From: Blastocatellia bacterium
GTDB taxonomy: Bacteria > Acidobacteriota > Blastocatellia > UBA7656
Reading direction: 5' to 3'
Assembly: GCA_963765495.1 (NCBI GenBank)
Contig: CAVXWP010000007.1
Location: 128,001-192,000, forward strand
Length of the DNA: 64,000 bases
Below are positions 31,774-42,575 of this stretch, in pieces. The notes beneath the pieces are model-generated. The model was not told the origin of the DNA. It did no database searches and saw only the letters and a program-made list of their open reading frames with translations. The translations under genes and the position numbers were made by a program. Positions within the stretch are counted from its first letter, which is position 1; each line of letters opens with the position of its first letter.

Positions 31774-34531
31774 TTACTCGTGCCGCAGGGCCGTCAGCGG
31801 ATCGACCTTCGTAGCTCTGTGCGCGGGCAGAAAACCTGCCAGCGCCGCCACCGCGATCAACAGCAAAATAGCCGAAACGAGAGTCAGCGGATCGTTTGGT
31901 TTTAGCCCAAACAGTAAACTGTCAGCCATCTTTGTGACGGGCGAGGCGACGGCCAGCCCGATGCCTACGCCTATGAGAACCATCAACATCGCTTCGCGGA
32001 AGATAAGCCAGATGACGGCTCCGCGCTGCGCGCCGAGCGCCATACGGATACCGATCTCATTTGTGCGGCGCGCTACCGAATAAGAGAGCGTACCGTAGAG
32101 ACCTACGCAGACGAGCAGAAGCGCGAGCAATCCGAAGAAAGCGGCAAGCCAGGCGACAAGTCTTTGCTGAACAAGCGACCGGCCTATGTGTTCCGAAAGT
32201 GTCACGACTTCATCAATGGGGAGGTTGGAATTTACATCCTGGATGGAGCGTCTTATCAGCGGAATGACAGCCGCAGGTGAACCCGAGTAACGCACGATAA
32301 AATTGCTGAGATTTCCTCCGCCCTGAGCGTGCGGATAATAAGCCATGGCTTGCGGGTCTTCGGTCAGGCTCATGGATTTGGAATCTTTCACAACGCCGAT
32401 GATTTCGATCTCTTCTCTGGATTCGGGGCCGTCGATGCCAAAACGCCTGCCGAGCGGAGACTGGTTGGGAAAGAAACGTTCAGCCATCGTCTCACTTATC
32501 ACGGCGACCTTCTGAGATTTAAACGTGTCCTGCGTGCCAAAGCTTCGACCGAGCACAAGCGGGATGCCCATCGCTGTGAAATAATCCGGGCCGATGGTGT
32601 TATTCCTGATGACCTGGCTCCGGCCTTCGAATGTGGGTTTTTCACGCGTGAATGCAGGGGTTGTCCATGTGCCCTGATTAAATGTCATCATTGAAAATGA
32701 AGCCGCCTCGACGCCCGGCACCGTCTCTACCTTCTCTTCAACCTCGCGGAGCATTTCGGCGAGTTGAGCGTCTTTATAGCCCGTTGGACTGGTATCGATT
32801 TTAAATTGCAATGCGTTGTTTGTATTGAATCCTGTTGGAACATTCTCAAGATTTGTCAGAGTGCGGACAAACAATCCGGCTCCCACAAGCAATAGAAGCG
32901 AAAGCGACACCTGCGCTATAACGAGCGCCCTGCCGAGCGGGCTCTGCGAAATGGCCTGCGCCGTGCCTCGCCCTCCTTTCAGCGATGTATAGGGTTCGAT
33001 TCGGGCAGCGCGCAGCGCCGGGGCCGTCCCAAAGATGACGGCCGATAGCAGCGATGCAAGCAAGGTGAAACCTAAAACGCGGGCGTTGGGGGATACGTCC
33101 AGAGGGAGCGGCTCGGAGCTTGCGGAAACCATGAGGACGAGCAAACGGCTGCCCCACCACGCAAGAAAGACGCCCGCGATGCCCCCGAGAGAGGCAAGCA
33201 GAATGCTTTCCGTCAGCAACTGGCGGATGAGGCGTATGCGGCCCGCGCCCAGAGCCAGCCGCACTGCGAACTCCTTCTGTCTGGATGCCGCGCGCGCAAG
33301 CAGGAGGTTGGCTACATTTGCGCAGGCTATCAGCAGCACAACCCCGACTACGGCCATCAGAATCCGCAACGACAGAGAGAACTCCTGGCGGAGTTCCGAC
33401 AGCCCCCGCCCGGCAGGAGTCAATACAATAAATGCTTTCTGGATGTCTTGCTGCCGCTCGGGTGAAGGTTGCGGTCCCGCTACTTCTTGAAGGAACTGTT
33501 TGAATTTCAGGTTTACGGCTGCGCTTGCCTGTTCTGTGCTCACGCCGTTTTTCAGACGAGCGATAATATTGAGCGATTGAAATAAGCCCTCATCCCGCCC
33601 GTTCCAGTGAGCGGGTGGGAACTGCTCTCCCATCGCCAGAGGCACATAGATATCGGGTGCCTGGCCGACCGTCGTGCCGAAAAACTCGCGCGGCGCGACT
33701 CCGACAATGGTGTATGCGACCTGATCAATCGTGATCGTTTTGCCGAGCGCCCGAGGGTTGCCGCCAAGCCTGTTTTCCCAGAAGGCGTGGCTCACTACGG
33801 CAATCGGATGCCCCCCGGGCGTCTGATCATCCTCGTCATTGAAGACGCGACCGAGATAAGGGGTCACCCCAAGCGTAGAGAAATAAGTGCCCGACACCAG
33901 TTGAGCATCGATCTGCTCCTGATTGCCGCTCGCTCCATTTGTATTGACGGAACCGTGTACGCTCCAGGGGATGCTCAAGGCGCCGCGACATCGGAAAAAG
34001 ACCTCATTGTGCTTCTGCACTTCTCTGTAAAAAGGATAGGAGAAGAGATCGCAGCTTTCGTTTGGGAAGCCGCCTGACACCCCCATCCCCTCGCCTCTCC
34101 CGAAGAGGATGAGCCGCTCAGGCTGCTCGACCGGAAGCGACTTGAGCAGCACTACATCGAGCAGGCTGAAGATCGCGGTGTTCGCCCCTATGCCGAGCGC
34201 GAGCGAAAGCACTGCAATCAGAGTGAACCCAGGTTTCTTGAGCAGCATTCGCGCGCCGTAACGTAAATCTTGAAACATATCATCCTCCAAACGGTAAGAT
34301 TGCAGCCAGAGCGCATCCCAGAATGCGCCAAGTGAGCGCCCGAGCAGATCGAGCTTCGCACGCCCGTCGAGGCGGTCCCACTCCGCAAGCAACATGTTCG
34401 CGGTAACGGAGTTCGGCCTCCCATTCATCGCGCCAATCTGCGGCGAAGACGGCGCAGGCACGAGCACGCCGATCAGACGGATCAGCCACAGCCAGAATCT
34501 GAAATCGAGTTTCAGTCGTCGGGTCAGACAT
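31774..34531 (-). CDS. ADOP-family duplicated ABC permease (array gene 5), leader frameshifted
   Basis: Expected start ATG 34531 (MSDPTTETRF); about four single-base insertions in the leader and a compensated shift near 33980-34000; core open from MFQDLRYG. Confidence 0.8.
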
Positions 34532-34545
34532 CAATTTCCACGGCC

Positions 34546-37221
34546 TCACTCGTGACGCAGGGCGACCATCGGGTCAACCTTTGTAGCTCTCCGCGCAGGC
34601 AGATAGCAGGCCAGTAGAGTGACCGACGTAAGGAGAAGAGAGATAACCGCAAATGTTACGGGATCGGTCGCGCTCACGCCGAAAAGCAGACTCTTCATCA
34701 ATCGCGTCAGCGCAAGGGCCGCTCCCAGACCAATCGCGACACCGATAAGGGTCAGCCGTATACCCCGCCCAATCACCAGCTTTAAGACATCCGATTTTTG
34801 CGCGCCCAAAGCCATGCGAACCCCGATCTCGTGTGTGCGCCGCGTGACCGAATAAGACATCACGCCGTAGATGCCTATGGCGGCAAGCAGAAGCGCAAGC
34901 AACCCGAAGCCGCCCAGGATCGAAGCCGCTATTCGCGCAGGGAGCATCGGAAGACTCAACTTCTCGACGAGCGTGTCGGAAGAGACCGGCATGTGCGGAT
35001 CGAGTTCCTGCACTTCGCGGCTCACGGCGGCCATCATCGTCTGTAAATCGCCCCTGGTGCGGACGATCACACTCGTAGCCCCTGTGTCGGACTGCCAGAT
35101 CGGACGAGCTACATAGGGGAGCGGGTCTTCATTCAAGCCCGCGTACTTGCCGTCTTCGACCACGCCGATGATCTTTGTCTTTGCCGCTTCGGGTCTGCCC
35201 AGACGAAATTGTCTGCCGAGCGGGTCTTCGCCGGGGAAGAGGCGGCGCGCGAATGTCTCGTTGATGATCGCCACACGTTCTCCCTGTTCATCGTCCTGAG
35301 GGGTGAAATCGCGGCCTTCGAGCATGCGCGTGCCCATCGCCTGGAAGTAGCCGGGGCCTACCCGGTTGTACATAGCCACGGGTACTTTTGCGTTTCGCTC
35401 CGGCGTTTGCCCTTCGGTAAAAATTTGAGTGCGCGAAAAATGAAGATCGACCGGGATGGTGTCGCCTATGCCTGTGGATTCGATGCCGGGCAGGGCGCGG
35501 ACGCGCTCAAGCAAACGTTTCTGAAACTCTTTGCCCTGAGCGTTCTCGTACCCTTGCAACCGAAGATCGAAAGAGACTTCGGCGGCGCGCTCGGGTTCGA
35601 ATCCGAGCTTGAGCGTCTGCGCCTTTTCGAGCGCCCGCATCATCAGCCCGCCGCCAACCAGCAGCATAAGCGACAGGGCGATCTGTAAGACGATCAGCCC
35701 GCTTTTCCAGAATGTGCGAGAGCTTCTGCCAAATAAAGACTCGCCTTTGAGCGCCGGGATCAGATCGGTCTTCGTGGTCTGTAAGGCTGGCAACAACCCG
35801 AAGACCACGCCGGTCACAAGCGAGAGCAGGAAGGTAAAGAGATACACTCTATAATCGACAGAGATACCAATCGTCACCGGAACATTGACCGGCATCTTGA
35901 TCGCCCCGGCCAGATTCACAAGCCACAGCGCAGGCAGCAAACCAAGCGCGCCGCCAAAGAGAGCAAGCAAGAGGCTTTCAGTCAGCAGTTGCCGCACGAG
36001 CCGGAAGCGGGTTGCGCCCAATGCCAGCCGCACGGCGATCTCTTTCTGTCGTTCCGCCGTTCGAGCCAGAAGCAGATTGGCCAGATTGATGCAGGCCAGC
36101 AACAGGACTACTCCAACCACAGCCATCAACAGCCCGAGAAAACCGAGCACGGGGCCGCGCATTGCATTGCCTATCAAACCGGGAGGCGACAGGGCGATAC
36201 GTTTGCCTTCGTTGACATCCGGGTATTCGCGCTCAAGCTGGGCGGCAATCGTGTTGAGCGCCGTTTCCGCCTGAGCTACGCTTATGCCGGGTTTGAGGCG
36301 GCCCTGCACAAAGATATTGTCATTGCCACGCTCGTCGAGCCAGTTGTTGCCCAGTTCGAGTTGCGCCTGCATCGCCATGGGGAAAAACAGGTCGGGCGCA
36401 GCGATGATTTCGGTTCCGAAAAAAGATTTTGGCGCTACACCTATGACGGTGTAACTGCGACCGTTGACAATCAAATCTCTGCCGATGATTTCCGGGTCTC
36501 CGCCAAAGCTGCTCTGCCAGTATTTGTAGCTCAATACGGTCACGGGATGCGCGCCCGCCGCCCGGTCGTCGTCAGGCGTGATCATCTGTCCGAGCGCCGC
36601 GTTTACGCCGAGAACATCAAAGTAATTGCCCGTCACCTCATAACCCCAGAGCCGTTTGTTGATCCCGTCGTGGCTCAGGCTGAGCGGCGTAAAGCGATAG
36701 CCGATGAGACCGGAAAACGCCTCGTTGCGATCACGCAGATCCTTGTAATTCGGATAAGAGAATGAAGGGAAAATATGGCGTTCCGCCATGTTGTTGAGCG
36801 CCACAATCTGGCCCGGCCCCCGGACAGGCAACGGACGCAACAAAACGGTATTGATCAAACTGAAGATGGCGGTATTTGCGCCCGTGCCAAGCGCAAGCGA
36901 GAGCACCGCAACAAGCGTAAAGCCTCTGTTCTTGAGCAGCATTCGCACGCCGTAACGTATGTCTTGAATCATCTCGTCCTCCCAACGATAAGTTTGCAAC
37001 CAGAGCGCATCCCAGAACGCGCCAAGTGAGCGCCTGAGCAGATCAAGCCGTGCACGCCAGCCGAGGCGGTCCCACTCCGCAAGCAACAGTTCGCGGTAAC
37101 GGAGTTCGGCTTCCCACTCTTCGCGCCAATCAGCGCGAACCCTGCCGGGCACGATCACGCCGATCAAACGGATCAGCCACAGCCAGAATCGAAACCGGTT
37201 TGATTGAGCCGTGTCGGTCAT
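34546..37221 (-). CDS. ADOP-family duplicated ABC permease (array gene 4)
   Basis: Same motif set; leader [17 protein letters not shown]. Confidence 0.92.
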   Translation of the reverse strand: MTDTAQSNRFRFWLWLIRLIGVIVPGRVRADWREEWEAELRYRELLLAEWDRLGWRARLDLLRRSLGAFWDALWLQTYRWEDEMIQDIRYGVRMLLKNRGFTLVAVLSLALGTGANTAIFSLINTVLLRPLPVRGPGQIVALNNMAERHIFPSFSYPNYKDLRDRNEAFSGLIGYRFTPLSLSHDGINKRLWGYEVTGNYFDVLGVNAALGQMITPDDDRAAGAHPVTVLSYKYWQSSFGGDPEIIGRDLIVNGRSYTVIGVAPKSFFGTEIIAAPDLFFPMAMQAQLELGNNWLDERGNDNIFVQGRLKPGISVAQAETALNTIAAQLEREYPDVNEGKRIALSPPGLIGNAMRGPVLGFLGLLMAVVGVVLLLACINLANLLLARTAERQKEIAVRLALGATRFRLVRQLLTESLLLALFGGALGLLPALWLVNLAGAIKMPVNVPVTIGISVDYRVYLFTFLLSLVTGVVFGLLPALQTTKTDLIPALKGESLFGRSSRTFWKSGLIVLQIALSLMLLVGGGLMMRALEKAQTLKLGFEPERAAEVSFDLRLQGYENAQGKEFQKRLLERVRALPGIESTGIGDTIPVDLHFSRTQIFTEGQTPERNAKVPVAMYNRVGPGYFQAMGTRMLEGRDFTPQDDEQGERVAIINETFARRLFPGEDPLGRQFRLGRPEAAKTKIIGVVEDGKYAGLNEDPLPYVARPIWQSDTGATSVIVRTRGDLQTMMAAVSREVQELDPHMPVSSDTLVEKLSLPMLPARIAASILGGFGLLALLLAAIGIYGVMSYSVTRRTHEIGVRMALGAQKSDVLKLVIGRGIRLTLIGVAIGLGAALALTRLMKSLLFGVSATDPVTFAVISLLLTSVTLLACYLPARRATKVDPMVALRHE

Positions 37222-37226
37222 CGGGT

Positions 37227-39881
37227 TTACTCGTGCCGTAAGGCAGTCAGCGGGTCAACCTTCGTAGCTCGCCAGGCCGGCACGAAACAGGCCAGCAGCG
37301 CCACTATCATCAGAAGCAGGGTAATAACTCCGAAAGTCGCCGGATCGGTCGTGCTCACGCCATACAGCATTTTTACCATCAGCCTGGTCAGCACCAGCGC
37401 GGCTGCCAATCCGAGCGCCACCCCGCTCAACGCCATCTTCAATCCGTGACCCAGGACCAGACGCAGCACGTCCGCGCGCTGTGCGCCAAGCGCCAGGCGG
37501 ATGCCCAGTTCGTGTGTGCGCTGGCCGATGAGGTATGAGATGACGCCGTAAAGACCCAGGCTCGCAAGCAGCAGCGCCACTACGGCGAAGGCATCGAGGA
37601 GGATCATCGAGAAGCGCCGCGCCGCAAGCGAGTCGGCGATTACCTCATCCATCGTTTGAGGTCTGAAGATGACATTCTGGCTGTTCTGACTTTGCACGAC
37701 TCCGCGGATCGAGTCAAAAAGCGAGGGAGGCACGGCTCCTGCTTCTCCGGCTAACCCTTCGGTACGCATTATTACGTCCACGCCCGAAGGGCTGCCCGAT
37801 AATTGTCTGAACGGTTCGTAGAGTTGAGCCTGAAGCGATGTCTGATCATCCGAATCGAGACCCCACTGTTTCACGTGCCCGACCACCCCGACGATCTGCG
37901 CCTGATCGCCCTCCAGATTTATTCGCTTGCCGATGGGGTCTGTGTCAGGGAAGTATTTGAGGGCAAAAGCCTCGTCAATCACCACGACATTCGGAGATCG
38001 TTCATCATCCTGTTCGGTGAAGAAACGGCCCTGCTTGAGCGGGATGTCCATCGCCGTCAGATAGGCAGGTTCGACCCTGTATACAAGCGCCATGTTCATC
38101 TCGCTGTTGCTCGCAGGTTTCGGCTGGCCTTCGATCCAGAAGAACAGGTCATCCTCGCTCTGCATGGGAGATGCGCCCACTGAAAATGAGGCGGCCCGGA
38201 CACCCGGCATGGAGTTGAGCCTGTCGCTCAGTTCGCGCAGGTTGGCGCGAGCCGCTTCCGGGGTTGCCGTCTTCATTGACGGCGGAAAGCCGAGTCCAAA
38301 CGTCAACACCTCATCCGAGCGAAATCCCGGATCGACATCCCAGAGCGCGCTCAGGCTGCGGATCATCAAGCCCGCGCCGATAAGCAAAACGACCGCCAGC
38401 CCCATCTCAACCGCGACCAGGACGGCCTGCGCCCGCCCGCGCCCGCCGCTTACGCCGCGCCCGCCCTCCTTTAGCGTTTCCGATAACCGCCACTGCGAAG
38501 TCTTCAGCGCCGGAACCATCCCCGCCACTATCCCTGTGAGCAGCGAAACGGCCAGCGTGAAAAGCAGTACGCGTCCGTCCAGCCCAACCTCTTCCGAGCG
38601 GGGCAACGCTGTGGGCAGCACGCCAAGCGCGGCGCGTGTTCCCCATCCAGCAAGCAACACCCCGAGCCCCCCGCCTGCAAGCGACAGCAGTATGCTTTCG
38701 GTGAGCAGTTGACGGAGCAAGCGCCACTGCCCGGCGCCAAGGGCGGCGCGGATGGCGAATTCGCGTCTCCTGCCGGTCGAGCGCGCAAGCAGCAGATTGC
38801 TGACGTTTACGCAGGCAATCAGCAGCACAAACCCGACCGCGCCAAATAACATCCACAGGGTAGGCCCGATGTCGCCAACCATCCTTTCCTTGAGCGGTAT
38901 GAGCTTCGCGCCGTTGCCCTTGTTGGCATCAGGATAAGTGGCGGCGAGATTCTCCATCACTCTATCCATGTCGGCCTGCGCCTGCGCGACACTGATGCCG
39001 GGTTTGATTCGGCCAATGCCGTGCAGCCCCAAGGCGGCGCTGCGGTTTTGCAGGGCGGGGGTATTCCACTGGCCAATCGGCACATAGACATCGGTGCCGC
39101 GATACAGATTGAAGCTTGCGGGGAGCACGCCTATGATCGTGTAGCTCTTGTCATCAAGGGTCAGGCTTTTTCCAAGCACATCCGGCGCGGCATCGAATTT
39201 GCGCTGCCAGAGGGCCGTGCTGATCATCACCACGGGGCTTGCGCCGCGCTCATCTTCGCCCGGCTCAAAGGCGCGCCCCAGCGCGGGCTCGACACCGAGA
39301 ACAGAGAAAAAATCCGCCGAGATCATCCTTCCATCCAGGCGCTCGGCTTCGCCCGTGCCGATCAGACTGAAACCGTACCCGCGCGAGATGGCCATAGCGG
39401 AGAAGGTCTGGTTCTCTTTTTGCCAGTCACGAAAATTCGGATAGGGGATTGCGCCGGTTTCGAAATTCGGTTTGCTCTGATGCAGCGTCACGATCTGCTC
39501 GGGCTGCGGGTAGGGCAGCGGATTGAGCAGCACGCCGTTGACTACGGAAAAGAGCGCCGCGTTAGCCCCAATGCCGAGCGCAAGCGTTATCACTATCATC
39601 CCGGTGAAGCCGGGGTTCTTGAGCAGCATCCGCACGCCGTAACGTATGTCCTGAATCATCTCGTCCTCCCAACGATAAGTTTGCAACCAGAGCGCATCCC
39701 AGAACGCGCCAAGTGAGCGCCTGAGCAGATCAAGCCGTGCACGCCAGCCGAGGCGGTCCCACTCCGCAAGCAACATTTCGCGGTAACGGAGTTCGGCTTT
39801 CCATTCCTCGCGCCAATTGGCGCGGAGCCGCCTCGGGACAATCAAACCGATAAATCGAATCAGCGACAGATGCGGTTTCAC
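37227..39881 (-). CDS. ADOP-family duplicated ABC permease (array gene 3)
   Basis: Same motif set; leader nt 39652-39775 identical to 36965-37088. Confidence 0.92.
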   Translation of the reverse strand: MKPHLSLIRFIGLIVPRRLRANWREEWKAELRYREMLLAEWDRLGWRARLDLLRRSLGAFWDALWLQTYRWEDEMIQDIRYGVRMLLKNPGFTGMIVITLALGIGANAALFSVVNGVLLNPLPYPQPEQIVTLHQSKPNFETGAIPYPNFRDWQKENQTFSAMAISRGYGFSLIGTGEAERLDGRMISADFFSVLGVEPALGRAFEPGEDERGASPVVMISTALWQRKFDAAPDVLGKSLTLDDKSYTIIGVLPASFNLYRGTDVYVPIGQWNTPALQNRSAALGLHGIGRIKPGISVAQAQADMDRVMENLAATYPDANKGNGAKLIPLKERMVGDIGPTLWMLFGAVGFVLLIACVNVSNLLLARSTGRRREFAIRAALGAGQWRLLRQLLTESILLSLAGGGLGVLLAGWGTRAALGVLPTALPRSEEVGLDGRVLLFTLAVSLLTGIVAGMVPALKTSQWRLSETLKEGGRGVSGGRGRAQAVLVAVEMGLAVVLLIGAGLMIRSLSALWDVDPGFRSDEVLTFGLGFPPSMKTATPEAARANLRELSDRLNSMPGVRAASFSVGASPMQSEDDLFFWIEGQPKPASNSEMNMALVYRVEPAYLTAMDIPLKQGRFFTEQDDERSPNVVVIDEAFALKYFPDTDPIGKRINLEGDQAQIVGVVGHVKQWGLDSDDQTSLQAQLYEPFRQLSGSPSGVDVIMRTEGLAGEAGAVPPSLFDSIRGVVQSQNSQNVIFRPQTMDEVIADSLAARRFSMILLDAFAVVALLLASLGLYGVISYLIGQRTHELGIRLALGAQRADVLRLVLGHGLKMALSGVALGLAAALVLTRLMVKMLYGVSTTDPATFGVITLLLMIVALLACFVPAWRATKVDPLTALRHE

Positions 39882-39893
39882 AATCGCCCCCGG

Positions 39894-42575
39894 TCATTCC
39901 TGCCTTAGCGCCGTCAACGGGTCGACCTTTGTCGCTCTGCGCGCGGGCAGATAACAGGCAAACAAGGCGACGCTCAACAACAGGAGCGCAACGCCTGCAA
40001 ACGTCAGCGGATCGGTTGCGCTCACATCATAAAGCAGCCCGATTAACAGGCGTGTCACCGCCCACGCAGAGAGCAATCCGATGCCTACGCCGACGAGTGT
40101 GAGTTTTATGCCTTGCCGCAAAATCAGATTGAGCACATCGCTTGTTTGCGCGCCCAATGCCAGCCGCACCCCGATCTCTTGCGTGCGCTCGGTGACGTTG
40201 CCGGAGAGTACGCCATAGATGCCGATGGTTGCGAGCGCGAGCGCCACGAGTCCGAACATCTCGAACAGTATCATCGCAAAATGTCGCTCGGCGGCTGATG
40301 CCGCGAGCAGGTCATCCATCGTGACGATCCGCGCAATTGACTGATCTTTGTCAACAGACCAGATCGCCTTTTTGATGGCGGGGGCAAGCGCCGCCGCATC
40401 ACCGCTCGTGCGGACCACAAGCGACATCGCCCTGTCGGCGAAGGGCCACTGATCGGTCGGGACATACACGGCATCCGACTGGCTCACCGCGAGCGATGCC
40501 TGCTTTACGTCGCCGACCACGCCCACGATTGTGTATAACGGTCCGTCTATCGGTCCGATGCGCAGACGCTGACCAATCGGGTCAACTCCGGGGAACTTGC
40601 GATTTGCGAAAGACTCGCTGATCTGCGCGACGAGCAGAGCATTCGCGCGGTCGTGTTCGTCGAGCAGACGGCCCTGACGGAGAGGGATTCCTGTCGTTTC
40701 GAAATAGCCCGGGCTTACCGCGTATCGAAACGCGCTGTGATCTTCTTCGGGGCTTTCATTCGGGCTTGATTCGAAGTGCACGCCGTATTGATCCAGATCG
40801 CCGCTCAAGGGCAACTGGCTGGTGAAGGCCGCCCGAGTGACACCGGGAATCTGACGCACCGCCTCCAGGGTCTGGCTGAAGAACCGATGAGTGGCTGCGT
40901 TGTCAAAGCGGTGCCCCGATGTCTGCACCTGCATTGTGAGCAGGTGTGAAGCGTCGAACCCCGGATCAACCGCAAAGAGTCGCTGCATACTACGCAACAG
41001 CAATCCCGCGCTCACAAGCAGCACAAAGGCGAGCGCCACCTCCGCGACGACGAGCGTTCCGCGCGTCAGCCTGTGACCGCCGGTCACGCGCCTCGAACTT
41101 TGCTGTATCCCCGTGTGGAGGTCAGCCCGAGATACGTGTAGGGCCGGAATCAGCCCCGTCAAAAGCCCGATCAGCGTGGTGAGGCCCAATCCGAAGGCGA
41201 ATACATTTCCATTGATGACTATCGCATTTACCCGGGGAAGACCGGGTGGGCTGAGCGCCACCAGTGCTCCTACACCGAACTGCGCCACCAGCATCCCGAG
41301 AGCGCCGCCGAGTATGGCAAGCAGCAGACTCTCGGTGAGGAGTTGCCGGATTATCCGAGTACGCCCGGCACCAAGCGCGGCGCGAACCGTAAATTCGCCG
41401 CGCCGCTGTGTGCCGCGAGCCAGCAACAGATTCGTCACGTTTACGCAGGCTATCGTGAGCACCAGCAGTACCGCGCCGAGGACGGCAACGAGCGCAGGCC
41501 TTACGCCGCGTGTGATTTCGTCCTTGAGCGAATTCACTATGAGCCCATCTTTGAGTGCCGCCCAGGGCGCTCTGGGAAAATCGGGCACAGGGGAGTGGGC
41601 GATGGAGTCAATCTCTAATCCGGCCTGGTCTGTTGTGATGCCCGGGCGCAATCGGCCTACTATGTGAAGGTGATGCCCCCACGCCTGCGGGAGCGACATG
41701 TCATATTGCATCGGCGTCCACAGTTCCGCCGCAGGAGACAGGACATTTTCGAAGGCAACCGGCATCACTCCGATGACCGTATAGCTGTTGTCGTCGAGCG
41801 TGATCTGCCGCCCGATAATCGTGTGATCACCGCCGAAGCGCCGTTGCCAGAGCCCGTTGCCGAGGATGGCTACTCTGGGGCCGCCCAGCCGATCATCGGA
41901 TGAATCGAAGTCCCGTCCAATCATCGGCGGCACTCCCAATACCTGAAAATAACTCGCGCTCACGCGCTGCCCATCCAGGCGCTCGGGCTCGGTTTGCCCG
42001 GTCATGGTCGGTTGCCAGGGTTTTACTACCGCGATTGCGTCGAAGGCGCTACTCCGTTCCGCCAGTTCGCGATAGGTGCCGAAGGTGCCGTCAAGGTGCG
42101 AGCCTTCGGGGCCGTGGTCCCAGATCATCTGTATACGGTCGGCTGAAGGATAGGGCAAGGGCTCGAATAGAACGGGTTTCACCGCACTGAAGATCGCGGT
42201 GCTTGCGCCAATCCCAAGCGCAAGCGTTAAGACGGCAATTAGAGTGAACGCGGGGTTTTTCCAAAGCATTCGAATACCAAAACGCAGGTCCTGAATCATC
42301 TCGTCCTCCCAACGGTAAGTTTGCAGCCAGAGCGCATCCCAAAACGCGCCTATGCTTCGCCTGAGCAGATCGAGTTTCGCAAGCCATCCGAGACGGTCCC
42401 ACTCTGAAAGCATCGCTTCGCGGTAACGGAGTTCGGCCTGCCACTCTGCGCGCCAGTCTCGGCGAAGACGGCGGGGCACGATCACGCCTATGAATGCGAT
42501 CAACCAGAGATGAAGCTTTAAGGGGACTCTTTTGCCGTTTTGCATTCCGCACTCTGCCTTCCGCGCTCGAATCAC
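39894..42575 (-). CDS. ADOP-family duplicated ABC permease (array gene 2)
   Basis: Same motif set; GTG start overlaps the upstream stop; N-terminal [12 protein letters not shown] encoded by degenerate heptamer repeats. Confidence 0.9.
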   Translation of the reverse strand: MIRARKAECGMQNGKRVPLKLHLWLIAFIGVIVPRRLRRDWRAEWQAELRYREAMLSEWDRLGWLAKLDLLRRSIGAFWDALWLQTYRWEDEMIQDLRFGIRMLWKNPAFTLIAVLTLALGIGASTAIFSAVKPVLFEPLPYPSADRIQMIWDHGPEGSHLDGTFGTYRELAERSSAFDAIAVVKPWQPTMTGQTEPERLDGQRVSASYFQVLGVPPMIGRDFDSSDDRLGGPRVAILGNGLWQRRFGGDHTIIGRQITLDDNSYTVIGVMPVAFENVLSPAAELWTPMQYDMSLPQAWGHHLHIVGRLRPGITTDQAGLEIDSIAHSPVPDFPRAPWAALKDGLIVNSLKDEITRGVRPALVAVLGAVLLVLTIACVNVTNLLLARGTQRRGEFTVRAALGAGRTRIIRQLLTESLLLAILGGALGMLVAQFGVGALVALSPPGLPRVNAIVINGNVFAFGLGLTTLIGLLTGLIPALHVSRADLHTGIQQSSRRVTGGHRLTRGTLVVAEVALAFVLLVSAGLLLRSMQRLFAVDPGFDASHLLTMQVQTSGHRFDNAATHRFFSQTLEAVRQIPGVTRAAFTSQLPLSGDLDQYGVHFESSPNESPEEDHSAFRYAVSPGYFETTGIPLRQGRLLDEHDRANALLVAQISESFANRKFPGVDPIGQRLRIGPIDGPLYTIVGVVGDVKQASLAVSQSDAVYVPTDQWPFADRAMSLVVRTSGDAAALAPAIKKAIWSVDKDQSIARIVTMDDLLAASAAERHFAMILFEMFGLVALALATIGIYGVLSGNVTERTQEIGVRLALGAQTSDVLNLILRQGIKLTLVGVGIGLLSAWAVTRLLIGLLYDVSATDPLTFAGVALLLLSVALFACYLPARRATKVDPLTALRQE

